Shown: in pieces, positions 8,135 through 16,134 of the stretch
How the letters are laid out: every line of letters begins with the position of its first letter
Position numbering within the stretch: position 1 is the first letter of the stretch
NCBI GenBank assembly: GCA_049314435.1
Contig: JBMOFD010000040.1
Location: 1-16,269, forward strand
DNA: 16,269 bases
Direction of reading: 5' to 3'
DNA from: Chlamydiia bacterium
GTDB lineage: Bacteria; Chlamydiota; Chlamydiia; Chlamydiales; JBMOFD01
The notes under the pieces: model-generated
What the model saw: the letters and a program-made list of their open reading frames with translations, nothing else
Databases searched by the model: none
Told to the model about the DNA's origin: nothing
Position numbers and translations under genes: made by a program

Positions 8135-8160
8135 GGAACAGGCGCAGCCCCTGTTCCCAC
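8135..8160 (-). repeat. GTGG-headed hairpin (REP-like, or bidirectional terminator-like stem) between convergent genes
   Basis: 8-bp stem GGAACAGG (8135-8142) / CCTGTTCC (8150-8157). The minus strand reads GTGGGAACAGGGGCTGCGCCTGTTCC. No U-tract. Confidence 0.5.
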
Positions 8161-8176
8161 CATGCTTGCATTGTAC

Positions 8177-11100
8177 CTATTGAGAGAGACGTTCCTGTAC
8201 CCAACCGGGTAGTCGGATGCGGATCGACGGGTCCTTCGTGATGGCGAAGTACGCAGCATGAACAATCATGTCCGCAGTGTTTTCCAGCTTTTCTTTGTAG
8301 TCTGGGGTGGTCAATGCGTCTCCCTGAATACTAGAAAGGGTATGTCCCTGAGTGTCTAATCCGGGGCTCATCCACTGTTCAGGCCATCTGTCTGGGTTTT
8401 CTAAGATAGCCTCGGCTGCACCAGCTACGAGCAGTTGATATGCCTGTTCCAGGTTCTCTCTAAATCTAGAGCGTAATATGGATCCGGCGTAGGAAAAACT
8501 CCACTGACACAGACTGCTGATGACCATGGGATGTTGGAGTAGGTTCTTTGGTATGGCCATCATCCAGCCTGGCATAGAGTCCCCGGCCGGTGGTTTATCG
8601 CCAATTAACTTTACCAATGAGGGTACAGCTGCCTCAACAAATTCCCGGCTATTTGCCACATCCGCTGGAAGAAGCTTAAGGGCCGTGTAACTCAGGCGCG
8701 CAGCTGCTAACTGAACAGCTTGTAGAGCTTGAACAGGGGGCGTGAGATAGCGCAGGGCCGCTCTATCCTGCTTGGCAATAGCTTCAGCGATCTCTTCATC
8801 AAGTTGCAATTCCGTTTTCAGAGATTGATAGAGTTCCTTTAATTGGAGGGGATCGGTGTGCTCGATGGCGGACATGACCACAGGGTGGACAGCCTGTGCA
8901 AAGGTTGGCAGATCCCAAAATGGACTCCGTGCATGGCGACCTGGTCGCTGCAGGTGGGTCATCCAATCGGCAATCTGAGGCTGAATCAGAGATAGGATCT
9001 CTTGGTCTTGAGCAAGGGATGGATCTGCATAGCAAATAGAGCTGGGATCCGCATGTAGGGCTGTCAGAACCATTTGCCTGTGTATTTTTTGTACTGCGGG
9101 TAAATGAAGTAGAGCCGTGGGCAACTGTTGGAAGAGGACCTTGCCATCGGCTAAAGCCTGGATCAGAGAAGGAAGACTCCTTTCTACAGCCTCTGCTACA
9201 TCGGGCCTTTGCCATAGCTCATCAGGAATTGCTTTTGGAGGCGCTCTGATTGGAGTAGGGCTTCCCCAGCCAGTCGGTAGAGGAGGAGGTTGGGCCGCAA
9301 AATCGAATTGTGTCGCCCCCCCATTCGTAAGCACCCACCAGTATCCATTTTGGAGAGCGTACTTGATGATCTCAGGATGTTGAAGAAAAGCGGTGGGAAT
9401 GGTTTGAGTCGCGTTAGGCGTTTCGTGGAGTTCCAGCTTCACAGCTTCAAGGATCGTGGGGTTGTCCAGAATATCTTGGCGTGGATGGACATATTGAAGG
9501 GCCGTTCGATCCAACCGAATGGCTTCCAGTGAGAGAGTGAGTAATTCGGGACACTCTTCTTTTAGGAACCGAATCGAGCGAGGATCTCGTCGGATCGCTG
9601 CAAGAGCAAGGGTTGGGTCATTTTGCAGTAAGGGAACCAGCTTAACGTAGTCTAGAGAGCCTTCTTGAATGGCCTGTTGTAGAGGGGGAATCAGCGACTG
9701 AAGCCGAGCAAGCTGCGTCTGCAGCTCCTCGGATGAGAGGGGTTCTAGCGCTAGCGGACGGCGCAGTACTGAGGCAAAGTCGGTCGCTAGCGCGGCAGGG
9801 TTGGCCTTCCCAACTGAGGATAGCCATCTAGGGTCGGCCCAAAGACGGTCGAGACTTGGGGGGACTGTGTTGTCGATCCATCGAGTTAAGGCAACAGACA
9901 CAAGTTCGAGATGCTCTTGGGGTGAGAGGGTGCCCTCATGGTGGGCATAGCAAGCTTTTAGAGTCTCTGCTGAGCAGGAGGCGGACGGGTCTCCGATCAA
10001 AAGCAGTCTCCGTTCGATGGCTCTGAGTACCTCGTGGTGGGGATGAACGTCTATGCTGCCATCGAAGTCTGGCCTCGGCATGTATAGATTAGGATCAAAG
10101 CTACACCGAAGTGCGTGACTGATGCCGGCTGATAGCCCTTCCAAGTTGCTAATAGAGGGAGTGCGTAACTGGATCGTGAGATCCACCGTGTGTGGGGCCC
10201 GCATGGCAGCTTCATCATCTTCCATGCCCTCAGCGACGGATGGTCCTTGAACGACCGCACGCGCGCCCGGGTATACAGCTTGGAAGGGATCAGTTAACCG
10301 CCGCCACCTCTGCCCTATGTTGTGACCAAAGAGAGAGAGTTCGACCTTGAGATCACTTGCATCTCTTGGTTGGGTGAAGCGTAGATGGCCAGCATGATTC
10401 TGCAGAGGAACGGCCAGATCAACCGAGACCTCATCGGCTGTGCAATGGACGCCTGAGAGGTGCCCAGAGCCTTGCTTCATGATCAAAAACTGGCTTTCGA
10501 ACGGGAGCGACTGAACGCAGTGTTGAGTCCAATGATCGACAAGCCGACAAGCGGCCAGTAGGTTCTGGTGCGCTAAAGTGAAGGCATCATCCAAAGTCAA
10601 GAGGCCTTTCGGCAACGTAGCTGGCAGGCCTGACCTCAGCTGCAGGGTGCCGTAGGATCGACCGACTTCTCGCTCTGGATTTGTAGCTGCAGTGAAGACC
10701 GCAGATGCAACATTGAAAAATTGGCTGGGGTCTAAAAATGACCTGTGGTCACTGGTCAGATTCATCTCGTCACAGAGGCCTTTGTAAGCATTACTCCATA
10801 CCTCTAAGTATCCAAGGGGGCTTGCAATCCGATTGCGATTAGACTCCCAAAATCTCCCATCCACGGACAGTGTTTGATCCCTTGGTAGACGCATGACTTG
10901 TTGCGTCGCCGCTACAGAGAGGAGCTGGAGCTGTTCAACCATGAGTCGGACCCGCTCATAACGCAATTCCACTGGCAGGGCATCGTTTCCTTTTACGGTC
11001 TTGATGACTGAGTCGGTTAAATCGGTGATCTCTGCAAGAAGATGGCTGGCCTGGATCCTCTCCAGTTCATTGATGGAGGACAAGATCGGCAGAAGATCGC

Positions 11101-13711
11101 TGGCTGGTTGCAGGATGCGCGACTCAAACCCACGCCAGCGCTCCTCAAACCCTTCCAGTTCTGTCCAGCTAGGTAGACTTTGCTTAGCGGCCATGATGCG
11201 TAGACGAAGGTCACGAGTCGATTGCACCAAACGATGGAGATGAGGCAGCGCCTCGGCCACCTGTTCCAATAGAGCTTGGACCGCCTCTCGAACGGGGCGT
11301 AAACGCACGGCCTTAGTGATGGGGCCACTCAACATCGGAACGAGGAGATGGAGCTTCTGGAGGTCCTGTACACACTCCAACACGCCATTGGCGTACTTGG
11401 GCCCGCGACGCAGTAGCTCGCAGGTGATCTCTTGCCACTGCTCTTGTAAGTCTGGATCGATCACAACAGACTTTAAGGCCATGATTGCTTGAGAAATCTC
11501 ATCCAGACGATCAGCCATGCCGGCTTTCGCCCAGATCTTCTGAATCCCTATCCTCATGCCCTCATCGGCGATGACAGGCGGCACCTTCTCAGCATGCAGG
11601 ATCTGAGCGATGGAACCACCGAGTGTCTCACTCCCCTTTTGCGTGAGTAGAGCAGCTACCCAGGAGGCCATCAACGGGACGACTCGTCCAATATTACGGT
11701 CGGCTCCCTGCAGATAGACAAGAGCTCGCCATCCGAGATATTCGATGCGTCGACAGAGGGCAAGATAGCCATCCAGCACCTGTTGAGAAGCCCCACCTTC
11801 CTTGAGCCGTCCCGCATGACGCTGAAGTCGACTACTCAGGACTGCATAAGCTTCTTTCAGCCGTTCTGGCTGGGTGGTATCTCCGATGGCGTCGAGAAGT
11901 GACTCAAGATCCCAACTGGTGCCAAGATCGATGAAGGAGTCTCTCTGGGCCCCAAGGGCTCCTCCGATGTTGCAGGCTGGATCGTCAGAAGGCTCCATCT
12001 CCGACAGCACCGCAGGCACAGGATGTCGTATCGTGCCCTTGCGGATGACTCCCGTGGCGTCCCCGACGCCAATCCAAAGGCTTGTTCGTTGGGGGTCGAT
12101 GATCAGCACGCTACCTGGCTGGAGGTGGGCCTTAGGATCGGGACCTACGAGGACCGGAATGCCCATCTCCCGAAAGGAGGTGGCCCAGTGAGAGAGCACA
12201 CCCGCCGACTCCTGGACGACCACCGCCTTAGTGATCAGGCCTTGATCCCGTCTCTGTAGTGCCTTTGCCAAGGCGCCAGCTAACGTCTGGGCGACCACCA
12301 GTTGCGAGGGATCTTCGATGGCGACCACCTTTTGACCTGCTGAGACCGTGCACTCGGTCATCCGCAGTCTCTGGAAGCCCACACTCGTTGCACTGGAGAG
12401 GTCCACAAAGGTCGCGGTCTCGGGCGGTCGACTGACAATAGGGCGAGCTTGCACGACGTAGAGTTGTCCCTGTTCAATGACGAACTCCGCATCGATTGGT
12501 CCTCCATACACCCTTTGTAGATGGCGGCCCACAGCTTCTAGCTGCCTCAACAGCTCAGGGCTGAGAGAGGGACGATCCCAGAGGATGGATGGGTTCTCTT
12601 GCAACTCAGTACCCTTATGCCCAGCTGGAGCCACTCGATAGGGCTTACCTCGTATGGCGGAGTAGTGCTCTCCGTTGAGAAGGTAGTAGGAGTCACAGGG
12701 AATCTCCCCGGTGACGACCCCTTCACCATGACCGAAGCTGGCTTGCACCATGACGACTTCGGGGGTGGGGCCTTGAACCTCTTGAGAAAAGAGAACCCCA
12801 CTGATGGGGATTTGATCGGGCTGAGCATGGGCTGGTTCCCCGATCATCCTCTGGATAAGAACAGGCACAAAGGGCTCCTGGTCTACTTCACCGACCAACA
12901 TGCGCTGCTGACTCAGAGAATGTGAGCTAAAGTAGGAGGCAATGACTTTGCCCATCGCCGAGGCCATGGCCGTTTTTTGACAAGCCACGTTGGCGACCGA
13001 TGTATTCCCCCCAGCGTTAGCTGTTTCAGCCGAATCTTCTCGGCCCGTGGAACGCACCATGGCAGTCCACCCTTTGCGCTTCCAACCGTCGACAAGCACA
13101 CTCAGTCCTAAGCCATCGATCGCCTCATTAGGGAACCGATCGAATACCTTCTGAATCTTCTCTGCACGCTGGGTGGGATCAAGAGAGGTCCAGTCTGGGA
13201 TGTGGTGATCAAGGAAAAGGGCGACATCACGGTGGGATACCGCAAACATCTCGGGGACCCGTGCGCGCGGACCGGCCATCTCACTCAGTGCTATATCAAG
13301 GAGCATCAGGTTAGCGGCCTTGTTGCCAAAGGTATGGCCCATGACTAAAACAAAGAGATGAGAGGCCTGTACTGGGTCGGCCCATTTGCATAGTTCCCAT
13401 AGGGCTCGAGTGGCCACAGGGTCACGCCCAGCGTGCAAAAGAAGGGATCCAGAGGGGGCAAATGTTCCAGCTTTCAGGGCCTTAGCAATGCGCTCCGCTT
13501 CACCCTGGCCTATAGTTGCCAAAAGCTCCCCCGTCTCTGCAGGAACTTCTACGGCTTTCCAATCTCTGGCTGGAAGAGAAGAGAACGAGGCGAACTCAGC
13601 GCCCATCTGGCTCAGGGCTTCGCTGGCTGGCTGGTTCTGTGGCTTGGCCTTCTGCCTTGGGAGCACCCAATTGTTGCCGTTTTCTTCAGATGGCGGCGGG
13701 ACGAAGGACAT
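8177..13711 (-). CDS. Large multidomain protein (~1844 aa): PEP/pyruvate-binding ATP-grasp domain, phospho-His swivel domain, unassigned central region, DUF4116-like repeats
   Basis: ATP-grasp motifs GNKAANL, VRSTGRED...NAG, VLIQRMI, SGVLFS, ASFGHGEGVVTG, DAEFVIEQGQLYVVQARPI (~13330-12437). His domain AVVVQESAGVLSHWATSFREMGIPVL (His codon 12190-12188). C-terminal repeats such as LALAAIRRDPRSIRFL, LSLEAIRLDRTALQYV, VLTALHADPSSICYADPSLAQDQEI, IAEAIAKQDRAALRYL. ATG 13711 has GGAG 6 nt upstream. Confidence 0.88.
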   Translation of the reverse strand: MSFVPPPSEENGNNWVLPRQKAKPQNQPASEALSQMGAEFASFSSLPARDWKAVEVPAETGELLATIGQGEAERIAKALKAGTFAPSGSLLLHAGRDPVATRALWELCKWADPVQASHLFVLVMGHTFGNKAANLMLLDIALSEMAGPRARVPEMFAVSHRDVALFLDHHIPDWTSLDPTQRAEKIQKVFDRFPNEAIDGLGLSVLVDGWKRKGWTAMVRSTGREDSAETANAGGNTSVANVACQKTAMASAMGKVIASYFSSHSLSQQRMLVGEVDQEPFVPVLIQRMIGEPAHAQPDQIPISGVLFSQEVQGPTPEVVMVQASFGHGEGVVTGEIPCDSYYLLNGEHYSAIRGKPYRVAPAGHKGTELQENPSILWDRPSLSPELLRQLEAVGRHLQRVYGGPIDAEFVIEQGQLYVVQARPIVSRPPETATFVDLSSATSVGFQRLRMTECTVSAGQKVVAIEDPSQLVVAQTLAGALAKALQRRDQGLITKAVVVQESAGVLSHWATSFREMGIPVLVGPDPKAHLQPGSVLIIDPQRTSLWIGVGDATGVIRKGTIRHPVPAVLSEMEPSDDPACNIGGALGAQRDSFIDLGTSWDLESLLDAIGDTTQPERLKEAYAVLSSRLQRHAGRLKEGGASQQVLDGYLALCRRIEYLGWRALVYLQGADRNIGRVVPLMASWVAALLTQKGSETLGGSIAQILHAEKVPPVIADEGMRIGIQKIWAKAGMADRLDEISQAIMALKSVVIDPDLQEQWQEITCELLRRGPKYANGVLECVQDLQKLHLLVPMLSGPITKAVRLRPVREAVQALLEQVAEALPHLHRLVQSTRDLRLRIMAAKQSLPSWTELEGFEERWRGFESRILQPASDLLPILSSINELERIQASHLLAEITDLTDSVIKTVKGNDALPVELRYERVRLMVEQLQLLSVAATQQVMRLPRDQTLSVDGRFWESNRNRIASPLGYLEVWSNAYKGLCDEMNLTSDHRSFLDPSQFFNVASAVFTAATNPEREVGRSYGTLQLRSGLPATLPKGLLTLDDAFTLAHQNLLAACRLVDHWTQHCVQSLPFESQFLIMKQGSGHLSGVHCTADEVSVDLAVPLQNHAGHLRFTQPRDASDLKVELSLFGHNIGQRWRRLTDPFQAVYPGARAVVQGPSVAEGMEDDEAAMRAPHTVDLTIQLRTPSISNLEGLSAGISHALRCSFDPNLYMPRPDFDGSIDVHPHHEVLRAIERRLLLIGDPSASCSAETLKACYAHHEGTLSPQEHLELVSVALTRWIDNTVPPSLDRLWADPRWLSSVGKANPAALATDFASVLRRPLALEPLSSEELQTQLARLQSLIPPLQQAIQEGSLDYVKLVPLLQNDPTLALAAIRRDPRSIRFLKEECPELLTLSLEAIRLDRTALQYVHPRQDILDNPTILEAVKLELHETPNATQTIPTAFLQHPEIIKYALQNGYWWVLTNGGATQFDFAAQPPPLPTGWGSPTPIRAPPKAIPDELWQRPDVAEAVERSLPSLIQALADGKVLFQQLPTALLHLPAVQKIHRQMVLTALHADPSSICYADPSLAQDQEILSLIQPQIADWMTHLQRPGRHARSPFWDLPTFAQAVHPVVMSAIEHTDPLQLKELYQSLKTELQLDEEIAEAIAKQDRAALRYLTPPVQALQAVQLAAARLSYTALKLLPADVANSREFVEAAVPSLVKLIGDKPPAGDSMPGWMMAIPKNLLQHPMVISSLCQWSFSYAGSILRSRFRENLEQAYQLLVAGAAEAILENPDRWPEQWMSPGLDTQGHTLSSIQGDALTTPDYKEKLENTADMIVHAAYFAITKDPSIRIRLPGWVQERLSQ
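8600..9630 (-). repeat. Degenerate protein-level helical repeats (DUF4116-like) within the large ORF
   Basis: At least 6 units of pattern D-x-E/T-[IL]-[AV]-x-x-A-[IVL]-x-x-D-x-x-[AS]-[IL]-x-[YF]-[LVA], not recognisable as DNA repeats. Boundaries are approximate. Confidence 0.65.
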
Positions 13712-13850
13712 CTGATACTCCAAGTAGCTTGGTCACCCTTTTCGATGAGGAGTAGCTAAAAGAAAACTCGACCCCCACGTAAGGAGGCTCTTTTCAGGAA
13801 GGAGGAACCTCTGCGACACTAAGGATCTTCTTTGCGTTGGAGCTCTCCGC

Positions 13851-14522
13851 ATGACCATTGCTCGTCTTTTTGGTAAGTCGCCCTTCTCTCTTCTTCAGGG
13901 CCACTTGAAGAAGGTGGCCTCCTGCATGGAGCAGGTCTCCGTACTTTTCCAAGCCTTTTGGAAGGAGGATCGCGGGGAGGTGGTACGCATTGGTGAAGTG
14001 ATTGGCAAGCTCGAACATGAAGCGGACCTAGTGAAGAGCGAGATCCGCAACCAACTGCCAAGGGGGCTGTTCCTTCCTGTGGACCGCGGGCACCTCTACG
14101 AAATTCTCTCCATGCAGGACGACCTGGCTGATAAGGCGGAGGACATCGCTGTACTCTGTGGTCTGCGCCCCATTCCTCTGATCCGCGAATTGCAAGCACC
14201 CATGGAGCAGTTCTGGTTGAAGAACCAAGAGTGCTTCATCGCCGCCAAGCGCGCTGTGAACGAACTCGGTGAGGTGTTGGAAAGCGGCTTTGGTGGGCCG
14301 GAGACAATCCGTTTACGCGAGATGGCAAGGCATTGTGCGTATCTAGAGCATGAAGCCGACCTCCTGCAGAGACAGCTTCTTCGAGATCTCTATGCACAGG
14401 AAGCTCAGCTGACCTTCATCACCTTTGACTTCTGGTCCCGTCTCATCTCCGAGATGGGGTCTGTGGCCGATCTGTCGGAGAACTTGGCGGATCGCGTGCG
14501 CATGCTGACGGAAGGAACGTGA
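13851..14522 (+). CDS. DUF47 / PhoU-like phosphate transport regulator (TIGR00153 type)
   Basis: LFGKSPF start, two LEHEAD motifs, LPRGLFLPVDR, QDDLADKAED and ADLSENLADRV. Directly upstream of and coupled to a PiT transporter. Confidence 0.93.
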   Translation: MTIARLFGKSPFSLLQGHLKKVASCMEQVSVLFQAFWKEDRGEVVRIGEVIGKLEHEADLVKSEIRNQLPRGLFLPVDRGHLYEILSMQDDLADKAEDIAVLCGLRPIPLIRELQAPMEQFWLKNQECFIAAKRAVNELGEVLESGFGGPETIRLREMARHCAYLEHEADLLQRQLLRDLYAQEAQLTFITFDFWSRLISEMGSVADLSENLADRVRMLTEGT

Positions 14523-15961
14523 TCTTGGATCCCACACTCACCATCATCCTCGTTTTAGCGGCCGGGTTCTACATGGCCTGGACGATTGGGGCCAATGATG
14601 TGGCGAATGCCATGGGTACCTCAATCGGCTCGAAGGCCCTGACCTGGAGACAGGCGGTCCTCATCGCAGCTGTATTGGAGTTCCTCGGGGCACTTCTGGT
14701 CGGCGGGTCGGTGGCGGAAACGGTCCAGTCGGGATTGGTGAGTCCTGATGTCTTCCAGGGGATGGCGGAGACCTACATCCTAGGAATGCTCTCCGCCTTG
14801 GTGGGATCGGCCATCTGGCTTCATATCGCCTCGACCTTCGGATGGCCCGTCAGCACGACACATGCCATTGTGGGCGCGATTGTGGGCTTTGGTGCAATCG
14901 TGGGAGGACCCCAGGCGATCTATTGGATGGATGTGTTGGCGGTGGCAAGCTCCTGGATTGCAAGCCCGCTCATCGCGGGGGTGATCGCCTATGCCCTCTT
15001 TTCAGGAGTGCAGAGATTGGTGCTCTTCGATCCCAATCCCGTTCAAGCTGCACGTCGCTTTGCGCCTTGGATCGTCTGGGTGGCTGTGGCCATTTGGGTC
15101 TTATGCATCCTCTTTGAGGGGCTCAAGAACCTCCACCTCGACTTCTCCTTCCCAATGGCACTCCTCATTGGGGTGTGCATCGGCGGAATTGGGTTCCTCA
15201 TCGCCCGCTGGTTCACAGGGCGGTTAGTGGTCGACCATCCCATTGTAGAGGGCGTCTACACGCCCGGGCATGTCTATCTCGTAGAGAAGGCCAAGAGGAG
15301 CCTGACCCGGCTTCAACTCAATGCTGCAGATCCCCTCGCCTCCACGGTGGAGGCCATGCTGCGGGAGCTCCAGGATCTCTCGGGGGGGATGGCAAAGAAC
15401 ATTCCTCAAGTGCATGAACCCTCTCCCTATGACAAGGTCGAGAGGATCTTTGGATGGTTGCAGGTGATGAGCGCCTGCTTTGTGGCTTTTGCGCACGGAG
15501 CGAATGATGTGGCGAATGCGATAGGCCCGGTAGCGGCCTGCCTCCATGTAGCCGCCTATGGCATGACCGGAGCCACGCTGGCGGTCCCAGCGTGGCTCTT
15601 GGCTTTTGGTGGGGCTGGCATTGTGATTGGTTTGGCTACATGGGGCTGGAGAGTGATCCACACCGTGGGTCAAAAGATCACCGAGCTCACGCCCACACGT
15701 GGATTTACCGCGGAATTCTCCGCAGCCTTGACCATCCTGGCCGCGAGTAAAATGGGCCTGCCGATCTCCACAACCCACGCTCTGATTGGTGCGCTTGTAG
15801 GGGTGGGTATGGCCAGAGGACTACACGCTCTGAACCTCGGGACCCTACGCCAGATCGTGGGGAGCTGGATCGCCACGATCCCAGCTGCAGCTGCAGCCAG
15901 TGTGGGCGTGTTCTATGTCCTGCGGGAGCTGATGCCTCTGTTGCATGCTGTCTGCATTTAG
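14519..15961 (+). CDS. pitA: Inorganic phosphate transporter, PiT family
   Basis: Two GANDVANA signatures, GWPVSTTHAIVGAIVG and GLPISTTHALIGALVG, multiple TM helices. GTG start overlaps the DUF47 stop (GTGA). Confidence 0.95.
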   Translation: MILDPTLTIILVLAAGFYMAWTIGANDVANAMGTSIGSKALTWRQAVLIAAVLEFLGALLVGGSVAETVQSGLVSPDVFQGMAETYILGMLSALVGSAIWLHIASTFGWPVSTTHAIVGAIVGFGAIVGGPQAIYWMDVLAVASSWIASPLIAGVIAYALFSGVQRLVLFDPNPVQAARRFAPWIVWVAVAIWVLCILFEGLKNLHLDFSFPMALLIGVCIGGIGFLIARWFTGRLVVDHPIVEGVYTPGHVYLVEKAKRSLTRLQLNAADPLASTVEAMLRELQDLSGGMAKNIPQVHEPSPYDKVERIFGWLQVMSACFVAFAHGANDVANAIGPVAACLHVAAYGMTGATLAVPAWLLAFGGAGIVIGLATWGWRVIHTVGQKITELTPTRGFTAEFSAALTILAASKMGLPISTTHALIGALVGVGMARGLHALNLGTLRQIVGSWIATIPAAAAASVGVFYVLRELMPLLHAVCI

Positions 15962-15966
15962 GCTCG

Positions 15967-15988
15967 GCAAGAGTCTCCCTTGCTTTAT
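15967..15988 (+). terminator. Weak putative terminator after the PiT gene
   Basis: GCAAG-agtctcc-CTTGC followed by TTTAT. The stem is short. Confidence 0.25.
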
Positions 15989-16062
15989 GAAGAGCGAAGC
16001 TTAGCCAGAATAGAGCTCAACTCCTCTTCAGGTATTATAGAGAGTCAATTTCATCGATCCTC

Positions 16063-16092
16063 TTGAGTCTGCAGCAATGTACCTCTTATAGT
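16063..16092 (+). promoter_or_regulatory. Putative sigma70/sigma66-type promoter TTGAGT-N18-TATAGT
   Basis: -35 TTGAGT (16063-16068), 18-nt spacer, -10 TATAGT (16087-16092), ~42 nt upstream of the GTG at 16135. Confidence 0.55.
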
Positions 16093-16134
16093 TTTCGTCT
16101 CGATGTATCACGTTTTCATCGAAAAGGAGTTCTT

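Noticed and set aside
8177..13711. Annotating the large ORF as ppsA, ppdK or rifampicin phosphotransferase
   Set aside because: It lacks the C-terminal pyruvate-binding barrel motifs, its domain order differs from RPH, and it is about twice the usual size.
16034..16048. Minus-strand TTGACT and TATAAT hexamers
   Set aside because: They are only 3 nt apart, which is incompatible with a sigma70-type promoter.
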